A DNA stretch of 48,280 nt, from assembly GCA_042219045.1 (NCBI GenBank), contig JBDGQO010000089.1, positions 1 through 48,280 on the forward strand. Reading direction: 5' to 3'. The notes under the pieces were generated by a model that searched no databases, was not told the DNA's origin, and worked only from the letters and a program-made list of their open reading frames with translations. Both the position numbers and the translations under genes were made by a program. Below, one piece after another: positions 1 to 8,700 of this stretch (position 1 is its first letter; each line of letters opens with the position of its first letter). This stretch comes from Candidatus Bipolaricaulia bacterium. Its GTDB lineage: Bacteria; Bipolaricaulota; Bipolaricaulia; RBG-16-55-9.

Positions 1-582
1 GTCGAGCTCGGGGTCAACGGGCGGCTCGAAGGCGGTCAGCCCGTCGAAGTTGATGGGGAAGTACCCGAGCGCGCCGGGGGCGAGACGCGCGAAGAGCCGA
101 TCGAGAAACGCCGGAAGGTTTACCAGATCGAGAAACGCCTGGGCGATGATGACGTCCCAGGGCGCGTCCGTGGGCGAGTCCGCCAGGTAAGCGAGCGCTT
201 CCCGGCGTGCGAACCCCACGTGCCACGCGGCCATCTCGCTCTTTAGATGGAGGTCAGCGGTTCCGTGCTCGACCGTCATCCCCCGTTCCAATGCCCAGGC
301 GTCCACGGTCGCCCGAGCCCCCTCGAGGTTGGCCGGCGAGAGGTCGACGAGCGTGTAGTCGAGCGCGGAGGCGTCGAGCTGGGCCATGACCTCGGTGGCC
401 AAATGCCCCAGCCCGCCGCCTAACTCCAGGATCCGGAGCGGTTTGTCAGATGGCTTCGCTCGGGCGCGCTCCTCGAGCTCGTCGCGGAAGCGGGCCCAGA
501 CGCGCGCGTCCCGCGAGCGGGCGTCGATCGCCCGCTTGGCGGCGAGATAGCGTTGCTCGTCGTAGCGCGCCGGCTCAGGCAT
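1..582 (-). CDS. Class I SAM-dependent methyltransferase (partial; C-terminus runs off the window start; absent from ORF track)
   Basis: Manual translation from ATG at 582: MPEPARYDEQRYLAAKRAIDARS...LRILELGGGLGHLA (SAM motif I)...YTLVDL...WDVIIAQAFLDLV...YFPINFDG. The start overlaps the glycosyltransferase stop (ATGCCTGA). Confidence 0.85.
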   Translation of the reverse strand, partial: MPEPARYDEQRYLAAKRAIDARSRDARVWARFRDELEERARAKPSDKPLRILELGGGLGHLATEVMAQLDASALDYTLVDLSPANLEGARATVDAWALERGMTVEHGTADLHLKSEMAAWHVGFARREALAYLADSPTDAPWDVIIAQAFLDLVNLPAFLDRLFARLAPGALGYFPINFDGLTAFEPPVDPELD

Positions 583-1678
583 CGGAATCGCCCGTTACCT
601 TGACCAGGAAATCTCGAACGGTGGCCCCCGTCTCGGCCCAGGTGGGATGGGCGTCGAAGGCGCGGCGCCCATGGCAGCCAATCCGAGCCAACAGATCGCG
701 CTGCCCATGCAGCGTCGCGAAGATCGTCGCCAGCTCCTTGGACGGGGCGTTGCCGAGGAGATAGCCGCTCGCGCCGTGCTCGATCAGCTCCGCGGCGGGG
801 GAGCTGGCGGGCGCGCAGACGGCCAGCCCGAAGCCGAGGGATTCCAGATAGGCCATGCCGAAGCCCTCGTGTTGCGAGGGCAGCGCCATCACGTGGTGGC
901 TGCGCAGCAGCTCCGTCAGTTCCTCATCGTCAACTCGGCCGTGGAAACGGACCCGCTCGGCGAGGCCCAGCTCCTCGGCCCGGCGTTGCATGCGCGCGGC
1001 GTAGTCGGGGTCGGCGTCCAGGCCGCCGGCGACGCTGAGCGTGCAAGTTTGGGGTGACGTCGCGGCGACGGCCGCCAGGACCAACTCCAGGCGCTTGCGG
1101 GGAATGACGTGGCCGAGGACGAGCACCCGCAGCGGCCCCGGCTGCTGCGCCCGGCGTTCGACCTCGGGCCCCGTGGGAAGATCAGGGAACCGGTCGCCGC
1201 CCGGATAGGCGACGACCGACGGTTGCGCCCCGCCCAGCTCGCGGACTCGCTCGAGCGTCGCGTGGCTGTTGGCGATCCAGGCGTCGGCCGTGGCGAGGAA
1301 GGCCCGCTCCAGGCGCTCAATGGGGCGCCGTCGCGGGCCCTCGGGCCACTCGTCGGCGTAGAGGTGGTGGACGATGCCGACGATGGGATAGGCGACGCGC
1401 CGGCGCAGCCAGCGGTTGCCGAGCAGCAAGGAGGGATGGTTCAGCTCGTCCTGCAGCAGCACGTCCAGGTCGGCGTGGGCCAGCTCGCGCCAGAAGCCCC
1501 GATGGAAATTCTGGATGAGGCGACGCGCATAGCTCGCTTCCGGTTGGGCGAAGACGCGCACCTCGTCGCCCGCCTCGCGAAGATGCTGCACGAGCTGGGC
1601 GTCGTAGAGATACCCGCCCGAGCGCCCATCCAGCGATCCGTAGATCACCAGCCCCACGCGCATGATCGCGTTGATCAC
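575..1678 (-). CDS. GT4 family glycosyltransferase
   Basis: N-terminal SGGYLYD, GHVIPRKR, and the EGFGMAYLE (ExFGxxxxE) GT-B motif. Start may be the ATG at 1663. Confidence 0.9.
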   Translation of the reverse strand: MINAIMRVGLVIYGSLDGRSGGYLYDAQLVQHLREAGDEVRVFAQPEASYARRLIQNFHRGFWRELAHADLDVLLQDELNHPSLLLGNRWLRRRVAYPIVGIVHHLYADEWPEGPRRRPIERLERAFLATADAWIANSHATLERVRELGGAQPSVVAYPGGDRFPDLPTGPEVERRAQQPGPLRVLVLGHVIPRKRLELVLAAVAATSPQTCTLSVAGGLDADPDYAARMQRRAEELGLAERVRFHGRVDDEELTELLRSHHVMALPSQHEGFGMAYLESLGFGLAVCAPASSPAAELIEHGASGYLLGNAPSKELATIFATLHGQRDLLARIGCHGRRAFDAHPTWAETGATVRDFLVKVTGDSDA

Positions 1679-2061
1679 TCAGGCGGCAGCTCGGTCCGGT
1701 AGGAGGCCCAGGCGGTGGCGTCCTCCCAGAGCTTGACCGTGAGCGCGTCCAGGTTGGTCGCGTCCAAATGGCCCGTCAGCCGTTCGGCCAGGAAGCCCGC
1801 AAAGCGCTCGATGCTCGGGTTCTGATCCGCGAACTCCGGCAGGTCGTTGAGCGTCCGGTCGCGATAACGAGACATGACGGCCTCCAGCGCGTCATTGAGC
1901 TCCACGATGTCGACGAGGTAGCCGTTCTCGTCGAGCGACGCCCCCTCCAGATGGACGTCGACGTGGAAGTGGTGCGAGTGCCACGCGTTCTCCGGCCCGC
2001 AGTCGGGCACGGTCAGGTAATGCTGGGCGACGAAGTCGCGGCGGACCATCAGTTGATACAT
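1675..2061 (-). CDS. 6-pyruvoyl/6-carboxy-tetrahydropterin synthase family (QueD/PTPS, COG0720) protein with atypical motif
   Basis: FVAQH...CGPENAWHSHHF...GYLVD...LNDLPEF...NPSIE...VKLWE is the T-fold PTPS pattern. HSH replaces the canonical HGH. Confidence 0.85.
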   Translation of the reverse strand: MYQLMVRRDFVAQHYLTVPDCGPENAWHSHHFHVDVHLEGASLDENGYLVDIVELNDALEAVMSRYRDRTLNDLPEFADQNPSIERFAGFLAERLTGHLDATNLDALTVKLWEDATAWASYRTELPPE

Positions 2062-2076
2062 CTCGATCACGCTCGC

Positions 2077-3129
2077 TCAAGTCGGGATGTCATTGTAGCT
2101 GAAAAGCATTTGGAGCACGCCTTCCGGGGGGGCCACGAGCCGCCGATACGCCCGTTCGGCTTCCCGCAAGGGCAACACGTCGGTAACCAGCCGGGACGGG
2201 CGCACCGTGCGCAGCGCCTCCAGCGCGACGGCCATGCGGCGCGCGTGGGTCCAGCGCCCGCGCAGCGCCGGCGCCAGGGTGCTGACCTGGCTCGAGGTCA
2301 TCCGGACGCGCTGGCGGTGGAACGCCCCGCCCAACGCCAGCTCAGCGGACTTGGCCCCGTACCACGAGCCGACGACGATCCGGGTCTCGTAGCCCGCGTG
2401 CGCAAGCGCCCGGTTGAGCGCGTCGGGATTTCCGGTCAGCTCGACGATCAGATCCGCCCCGCTCGGTTCGGACACTGCCCTCGAGTCGCTGCCTGTCATC
2501 TGGGACAGTCGGCGCTCGTGCTCGGGGTCGCGCGGATCGAGCGAGGCGTGCGCGCCCAGCTGCGCCGACATCTCGCGTCGTTGTGGATCGAGCTCGGCCG
2601 TGACGAGCGCTTCCAAGGGGAACTGGGCCAGGCAGCCCGTCAGCAACAGCCCGACCACGCCCTGGCCGAGCACGAGCGCCCGCTCGCCCATCTTCGGCTG
2701 GGCGTCCAGAACGACGTTGACCGCCGTCTCCATGTTGGCGAGGAAGGCCGCGTCCCGGTCGTCAATGTCGTCGGGCAGCACGATGAGCTCGGCGGGATCG
2801 CAGCAATAATGGCTGCTATGCGGGGCCAGGGCGAAGACACGCTGGCCCTGCCAAGCGTCGGTCACCTCGGGACCCATCGCCTCCACGACGCCGACGAGGC
2901 TGTAGCCGTAGCGGACGGGATACGCCAGATGGGCGGAAATGGGATCGAGCTCTGCGTCGTCGGTGTCGTCCGCGGCCCACTCGCCGCGGTAGACGAGGCC
3001 TTCGGTGCCGGGACTGATCGCCGAGTACGTCGCCCGGACGCGGACTTCGTGGGATGCCGGCTCGGGGATCGGCTCCTCGCGGACCTCGACGGTCTCGGGC
3101 GCGGTGAAATAGAGCGACTCGCGCGGCAT
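2077..3129 (-). CDS. Zn-binding alcohol dehydrogenase/MDR superfamily oxidoreductase (BchC-like subgroup)
   Basis: ISPGTE, YPVRYGYSLVG, Rossmann GQGVVG, VGSWYG, SSQV. The classical catalytic Zn ligands (C...GHE) are absent. Confidence 0.85.
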   Translation of the reverse strand: MPRESLYFTAPETVEVREEPIPEPASHEVRVRATYSAISPGTEGLVYRGEWAADDTDDAELDPISAHLAYPVRYGYSLVGVVEAMGPEVTDAWQGQRVFALAPHSSHYCCDPAELIVLPDDIDDRDAAFLANMETAVNVVLDAQPKMGERALVLGQGVVGLLLTGCLAQFPLEALVTAELDPQRREMSAQLGAHASLDPRDPEHERRLSQMTGSDSRAVSEPSGADLIVELTGNPDALNRALAHAGYETRIVVGSWYGAKSAELALGGAFHRQRVRMTSSQVSTLAPALRGRWTHARRMAVALEALRTVRPSRLVTDVLPLREAERAYRRLVAPPEGVLQMLFSYNDIPT

Positions 3130-3132
3130 GGC

Positions 3133-4482
3133 TCAGCGGGGCTCCCAGTCGGGCGTTCCGGACAGCACCAGGTCGTCGCCGAGGGCGTGATGGCTGACGT
3201 CGGTGAGGCGGGGGAAGCGGGCGTGGCCGTTGAGCCCCTCGGGCTGGATCTCGCGGATCCCCGGCACCCCGCCCACGAACATGGGGGCGACGGTGACGAT
3301 GACGTGATCCGCCAGGTGCCGGCGCAGGAAGCTGCTGAGCACCTGGGACCCGCCCTCAACCATGAGGCTGCGCATGCCCTGCTCGCCGAGCTGGGCCAAC
3401 AGTGCCGGCAACGAGATCTGCCCGTTCGCATCGGTCGGCAGTTTGAGCAGACACGCCCCGCGCGCTTCGAGCGCCGCGGCGCGAGCGGGATCGGCGTCGT
3501 GGCCCGTGGCGATCCATGGGCACGGGCCGGATGGATCGAGGAGCTGAGCACTCGGGGGGAACCGCAGCTGGGAGTCGAGCACGACGGGGATGGGGTCGTC
3601 GCCGTCGGCCTTGCGGACGGTCAGCTGCGGGTCGTCGGCGATCAGCGTGTCGATCCCGACGAGGATGGCGTCGTGGGTCGCCCGCAGGCGGTGGGTCAGC
3701 GCCATGGCGTCGGGGCCGCTGATCGCCAGCGGCTCGCGCGGTCGGGCGGCGATCGACCCGTCCAGGCTCTGCGCGTAGCTGAGCGTCACGAACGGACGTC
3801 CCGTCTGCTTGCGGTGGGCCGCCATGCGGTCCTCGAGGTCGACGAGGGCGCCGTCCAGTTCGGGCGGGAACGGCGTGGGCGAGCTGCCCAACTCGAGCAT
3901 GTGGCGCATGCGGTCGACCTTGGCCCGGAGGTAGTCGCCGTTGTGTCGGTTCGGTTGCGAGGGCACGGGGACCCGTTCGCTCACGTCGATGTCGTAGCCC
4001 TTGAGGCTGTCGATCTTGTCCGGATTGTTGGTGATCAATCGGACGGCGCGTACCCCTAGGTCGTTCAGGATCAGCGCGGCGACGGTGTAGTCGCGCTCGT
4101 CGGCCCCATGGCCGAGCGCAAGGTTGGCGTCGACGGTGTCGTAGCCGTCGTCCTGGAGATTGTAGGCGCGCAGCTTGTCCAGCAGGCCGATGCCGCGGCC
4201 CTCTTGGCGCAGGTAGAGCAACACCCCGGCGCCGTGCTCGGCGATCATGCGCATGGAGGCCTCCAGCTGCTCGCCGCAGTCGCAGCGCAGCGATCCGAGC
4301 ACGTCGCCGGTGAAGCACTCGGAATGGATGCGGACCAGGACGTCCGTGTCGCTGATGTCGCCGTAGACGAGCGCCAGATGGTCCTTGTCGTCCCCGTCGT
4401 TCTCGTAAAGCACCAACCGGAACTCCACGTCAGTCGTCGGAATGCGCGCCGACGCCGTCTGCGTTACGCTCTGTGGGGGCAT
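3133..4482 (-). CDS. GTP cyclohydrolase II fused to a RibD-type pyrimidine reductase domain
   Basis: N half: [34 protein letters not shown] half: YAQSLDG, HRLRATHDAILVG..T..ADDPQL, VEGG. Start set at ATG 4482, which follows a GGAGG RBS. The longer ORF-track start is probably spurious. Confidence 0.9.
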   Translation of the reverse strand: MPPQSVTQTASARIPTTDVEFRLVLYENDGDDKDHLALVYGDISDTDVLVRIHSECFTGDVLGSLRCDCGEQLEASMRMIAEHGAGVLLYLRQEGRGIGLLDKLRAYNLQDDGYDTVDANLALGHGADERDYTVAALILNDLGVRAVRLITNNPDKIDSLKGYDIDVSERVPVPSQPNRHNGDYLRAKVDRMRHMLELGSSPTPFPPELDGALVDLEDRMAAHRKQTGRPFVTLSYAQSLDGSIAARPREPLAISGPDAMALTHRLRATHDAILVGIDTLIADDPQLTVRKADGDDPIPVVLDSQLRFPPSAQLLDPSGPCPWIATGHDADPARAAALEARGACLLKLPTDANGQISLPALLAQLGEQGMRSLMVEGGSQVLSSFLRRHLADHVIVTVAPMFVGGVPGIREIQPEGLNGHARFPRLTDVSHHALGDDLVLSGTPDWEPR

Positions 4483-4606
4483 GTCGATTATGGCCTCCAA
4501 CTCTGTGACTGATAAGCAACAGCCATTGTACGGGCCGCGCGTCTCCATTGCACGGCTCCGGCGGCGCCAAGGGCCGATTCGTCGCGTTGGCGGGGTCGAT
4601 CCCACA

Positions 4607-5386
4607 TCACGAGGTCCGGGCCAGCCGGGATATACGCCCGGTGGCGGCAAGCCAATCGCGCCCGAAGCTGAGCCCCACCAACACGGACGTTGCGCCCCCG
4701 AGCCCGATCGTCAGGGGCGGGCCGAGGACGGGCCAGAGGATCGCGCAGAGCCCGGCCATTTGGACCCCCGCGATGACGGGGCGCCGCCGGTCCGTCGGGA
4801 TGGGATGGACGGGATGGCCGCGATGCCGGCGCCAGGCCAGCGACGCTTGATAGGCGTAGTAGAGCCCGCCCATGGCCATGAACGGCAGCGGCAACTGGCC
4901 CAGCTTGACCGCCAGGATGTAGGCGACGAGCAACGCCAGCGAGTCCACTTCCACGTCCAGCTTGGCACCAAGATCGGTCGTTTCGCGCTTGCGGCGCGCG
5001 AGCCACCCGTCGGCCAGGTCCATGACGGACACGGTCGTCATGAGCGCCCCCGGCGCAAGCGCCCACACGCCGACGAGATCCGGGGCCACGACGAACCCCG
5101 CAAGCAGGCCGGTCAGGAGCCCGCGGGTCAGCGTGACGGCGTTGGCCGCGCCGAGGCGAGCTCGGATGGCCGACTGGGCCGGCCGGCGGTTGAGCCGCAA
5201 GTTGACCCGCGTCAGCGCGAGCACGTAAACCAACGCGAGCGCGGTCAGGATGCCCCAGCGGCCTGCCTGCGGCGAGGACCAGGCGATTCCGACAAGCCCA
5301 TAGGCCAACGTTGAGGCGGCTCCGAAGAGCCACACCGTCGTCCACCAACTCCGTTTGAGCGCAGGTGGCAATCCCGTTGTCGACAT
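4607..5386 (-). CDS. CDP-alcohol phosphatidyltransferase family membrane protein
   Basis: ANAVTLTR followed by DLADGWLARR..TTDLGAKLDVEVD (DxxDGxxAR...GxxxDxxxD). Several hydrophobic helices. Confidence 0.9.
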   Translation of the reverse strand: MSTTGLPPALKRSWWTTVWLFGAASTLAYGLVGIAWSSPQAGRWGILTALALVYVLALTRVNLRLNRRPAQSAIRARLGAANAVTLTRGLLTGLLAGFVVAPDLVGVWALAPGALMTTVSVMDLADGWLARRKRETTDLGAKLDVEVDSLALLVAYILAVKLGQLPLPFMAMGGLYYAYQASLAWRRHRGHPVHPIPTDRRRPVIAGVQMAGLCAILWPVLGPPLTIGLGGATSVLVGLSFGRDWLAATGRISRLARTS

Positions 5387-5490
5387 CCCCCTATCTTACC
5401 AAGATCATCTTAGACGCTCACCTCGGGCGATCTTGATGCACCACGAGCCCCGATCATGCGACGCCGGCGTCGCTCGGCTAGGATGGCGGG

Positions 5491-6480
5491 ATGGGCCGCG
5501 ATGCCAGCACGCACAAGCCGATCGTCCTGAGCGAGCTCACCTTCCGCATGTTGCGGCTTGCGCAACGCCTCGGCCATCGCGGCGCGGCCGCGTTGTTGGC
5601 CCGCATCGACGGCTGCGAGCTCTGGTTCCCCATGGGGGCCCGGCTCCGGCCGCCCGAGGCCAATCCCCGGTCGGTCGACCGCACAAAGCGAGCCATCCAA
5701 GCGGAGCGCTTCGGCTCGGTGTCGACGTTCCATGGGCTGTTCGACTCACATCCGTTCCGCGAGCGATATCGGGTCAACTGGTGCGAGCCCCGCCATACCT
5801 CGCACAAGACGGCGCTGTTGCGCACCCAGATCGAGCTGGCGCGCGAGTTGGCTACTGACGACCGCCCCGCGTATCTCGTCATCCATCCCGGCTACTGGAT
5901 TCGCGAGCGCGACCGCCGCCCGGCGATCGACTTCTTCGCGCGGCTCATGGAGGGAATTCTCGACGCGAGCGAGGCCTGCAACGTCCGCGTGCTCTTGGAG
6001 AACGACCTCGTCCATCGGCGCTCGCGCAAGCGTCGTTTCGGCAGCGCGCTCGCCAACGAGGTCGAGGTGGTCGAGCGCTGCGCGGGACGCGTCGGGATCT
6101 GCTTTGACCTCTCGCACGCGCTGCTGGCATGCGGGGGGGACACCGACGCTGCGAGCCGCGAGATCGAACGGAGCCATCCTCATATCGACTACGCCCATCT
6201 GACGCTGCCGGATCCGGCGTTCCTCCAGCCGCTCATGCGCGGCCTCCGTCCGCGAGAGACGAAGCTGCTGGACGTGGACGGGCACAGCGCTTGGTCGGAT
6301 TATCCATCGAGGAGTCAAGCCGAGCTTGCGCCTCTCGTCGAGGCGCTCGTGGATGCGGCCAATCGGGTTTGTCTGGAGCACGCGTTTCCGCCGTATCTCT
6401 TTTTGCGCAAGGGCAGCACGGCTCGTGCCATCCGGGACGACATCGACGCTCTCATTGACGATGGAGATTCGCGGGCCTAG
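5491..6480 (+). CDS. Xylose isomerase-like TIM barrel (sugar phosphate isomerase/epimerase, AP endonuclease 2 family)
   Basis: Metal-ligand pattern VIHPG, LLEN, FDLSH, AHL, DGH, CLEH. Start uncertain. Confidence 0.65.
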   Translation: MGRDASTHKPIVLSELTFRMLRLAQRLGHRGAAALLARIDGCELWFPMGARLRPPEANPRSVDRTKRAIQAERFGSVSTFHGLFDSHPFRERYRVNWCEPRHTSHKTALLRTQIELARELATDDRPAYLVIHPGYWIRERDRRPAIDFFARLMEGILDASEACNVRVLLENDLVHRRSRKRRFGSALANEVEVVERCAGRVGICFDLSHALLACGGDTDAASREIERSHPHIDYAHLTLPDPAFLQPLMRGLRPRETKLLDVDGHSAWSDYPSRSQAELAPLVEALVDAANRVCLEHAFPPYLFLRKGSTARAIRDDIDALIDDGDSRA

Positions 6481-6534
6481 TCCATATCGACGATCCTTGG
6501 CCCGTCGGGGAGCGGGTCGCTAGGCTGGCCGATC

Positions 6535-8598
6535 ATGGAGATCGCCATCGTCGGCTGCGGCCATATCGCCGCGCCGTACGCCGCGGGGCTGCGCGCCTAC
6601 CCGGAGCTGTCGCTCGTCGCTGCGGCCGATCTGGATATCGACCGCGCCGAGGCTCTGGCTGCCCCCTTCGGGGCTTCAGCCCATGACAACGTCGACGCGC
6701 TGTTGGAAAGCTCCGACGCCGAGCTCGTCGTCAACCTGACGCTGCACGAGGCGCATGCCCAGGTGACCCGAGCGTGTCTGGAGGTGGGTCGCCATGTGCT
6801 GAGCGAGAAGCCGTTGGCGCTCGATCGCTCGGCGGCCGAAGCCCTCGTCGACATCGCCGACGCGAAGGGCCTCGCGCTCGGCTGCGCCCCCATCAGTCCC
6901 TGGGCCGACGCGCAACAATACGCCGCGCGGCTGTTGCGCGAGGGGCATATCGGGGACGTGCGGATGGTCGACGCCACGGGCAACTTCGGCCGCGTCACGG
7001 AATGGAACCCCAACCCGGAGCCGTTCCTGCGAGTCGGCCCGCTCTACGACGGCGCCGTCTATCACCTGAGCGTGCTGACCGCGATCTTCGGGCCCGTGGC
7101 CCGCGTCCGCTGCGCCGACGCGGCTCAGCTGTTGACCGAGCACGAGCACGACGGGCAGACGTTCCGGGTGGAGACGCCGGACCACGTCGCGGCGACGCTC
7201 GAATTCGCCCACGGGCCGCTGGCGCAGCTGACCGCCAGCATGTACGTGCCGCACCGCACCCGCGAATTCGCCAGCCTGGAGGTCCACGGCGACGCCGGCT
7301 CGCTCTATCTCCCGGACTGCGGCAACGTCGATGGACGGACCGATGAGCCATCGCTACAGGTCGCCCGGCTGGGACGCCCGTATCGGCCGCTCCCGCTGCC
7401 CCGAGCGCCGACGGCGCTGGCCTACGCCTCCGCGATCGCCGACGTCGCTCAGGCGGCCCGGGACGACCGGGAACCCTTGGCATCGGGCCGTCAGGCCGCG
7501 CACGTCGTCGCGGCGCTCGCCGCCATCGAGGCATGTGCCGAGACGGGCGAGCCCATGGACGTGCCCGATCTCGGGTTCTCTGCCCCAGAGCTGCTGCCGT
7601 GGACGGGCACTCGCGAGCGGCATCGGACGCGCCATCCGCTCACGCGAGGCAACGACGAGATATACGCGGCCGCTGCGCGTCACGGCGCGACGCACGAGGA
7701 GCCGACGCGAGGAATCGCGTTGCCGCCGGTCGGCTTCGGCTGCTCCCGGTATCGCGGCGGCACAACCTACGTTGACCTGCGCGCAACGATGGGGGACGCG
7801 CTCGCGGCCGGGGTTCGACTCTTCGACACGGCCGAGCTCTACGGCACGGAGGCACAGCTGGGCGCCTGGCTCAACGGGGAACTCGGCCCCCCGCGCGAGC
7901 GGCTCGTGGTCGTCGGCAAGGCCTGGAACACCAACCATCGCCCCGAGCACCTTCGGGCGGCTGCGACGGCCTCGTTGGCGCGACTGGGGATCGAAACGTT
8001 CGACGTCTACATGCTCCACTGGCCCGAGGCCTGGCAGCATCAGGGCCCACTGGGTGACCTTTCTCGACTCTCGCACGAGGAGGCACAGCCGCTGACGTTC
8101 CCCAGCGATGCCAATGGGGAAATCCTGATCGACGACGGCGCCACGCTCGCCGAGACGTGGGGCGCCATGGAGGGGCTCGTCGAGGAGGGACTGACGGCGG
8201 CGCTCGGGATCTGCAACGTCGATCAAGCCCAACTGGCCGAGGTGATTGACATCGCGGAGATCCCACCGGCCGTCATCCAGATCGAATGCCACCCGTATCT
8301 CCCGCAGCGGGAACTGGTCCAGTTCGCGCATGAACAAAGCATTCGGGTGATGGCCCACTCGCCGCTGTCCGCGCCGGGGCTCCTGAATGACGAGACGCTC
8401 CGGACGATCGCCGGGCGTCATGCCGTGTCAACGGCGCAGGTCGTGCTGCGCTGGCTCCTCCAGCGCGGGCTGGTTCCGATCCCCTCCAGCACCCGTCCGG
8501 ATCACGTCCACGCCAACGCCGACCTGTTCGGGTTTGCGCTGAGCGAGCCTGAGATGCGCGAGATTGACGCCCTCGAGCGGCCCCAGTTCTCGCGCTAG
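6535..8598 (+). CDS. Gfo/Idh/MocA oxidoreductase fused to an aldo/keto reductase
   Basis: N part: IVGCGHIA, HVLSEKPLA, GPLYDGAVY. C part: FDTAELYGTE, KAWNTNH, DVYMLHWP, QIECHPYLPQ, AHSPL. Confidence 0.88.
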   Translation: MEIAIVGCGHIAAPYAAGLRAYPELSLVAAADLDIDRAEALAAPFGASAHDNVDALLESSDAELVVNLTLHEAHAQVTRACLEVGRHVLSEKPLALDRSAAEALVDIADAKGLALGCAPISPWADAQQYAARLLREGHIGDVRMVDATGNFGRVTEWNPNPEPFLRVGPLYDGAVYHLSVLTAIFGPVARVRCADAAQLLTEHEHDGQTFRVETPDHVAATLEFAHGPLAQLTASMYVPHRTREFASLEVHGDAGSLYLPDCGNVDGRTDEPSLQVARLGRPYRPLPLPRAPTALAYASAIADVAQAARDDREPLASGRQAAHVVAALAAIEACAETGEPMDVPDLGFSAPELLPWTGTRERHRTRHPLTRGNDEIYAAAARHGATHEEPTRGIALPPVGFGCSRYRGGTTYVDLRATMGDALAAGVRLFDTAELYGTEAQLGAWLNGELGPPRERLVVVGKAWNTNHRPEHLRAAATASLARLGIETFDVYMLHWPEAWQHQGPLGDLSRLSHEEAQPLTFPSDANGEILIDDGATLAETWGAMEGLVEEGLTAALGICNVDQAQLAEVIDIAEIPPAVIQIECHPYLPQRELVQFAHEQSIRVMAHSPLSAPGLLNDETLRTIAGRHAVSTAQVVLRWLLQRGLVPIPSSTRPDHVHANADLFGFALSEPEMREIDALERPQFSR

Positions 8599-8700
8599 GG
8601 CACAAGGTCGTACTGCCCGCCAAAACTGCCGGCTCACCGGCCCCTGTCGTCCCACTGCCCTTAGGCGAGATCTGAGGCAGGATTCAACGATCGGACGCGA

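Noticed and set aside
1768..4059. 763 aa plus-strand ORF
   Set aside because: Antisense shadow of three well-supported minus-strand genes, with no motifs. Long shadow ORFs are expected at high GC.
4184..4209. Identical stretch of about 25 nt shared with the ribBA gene near 20307-20332
   Set aside because: It encodes the conserved RQEGRGIGL motif in two GTP cyclohydrolase II paralogs. It is not a mobile-element repeat.
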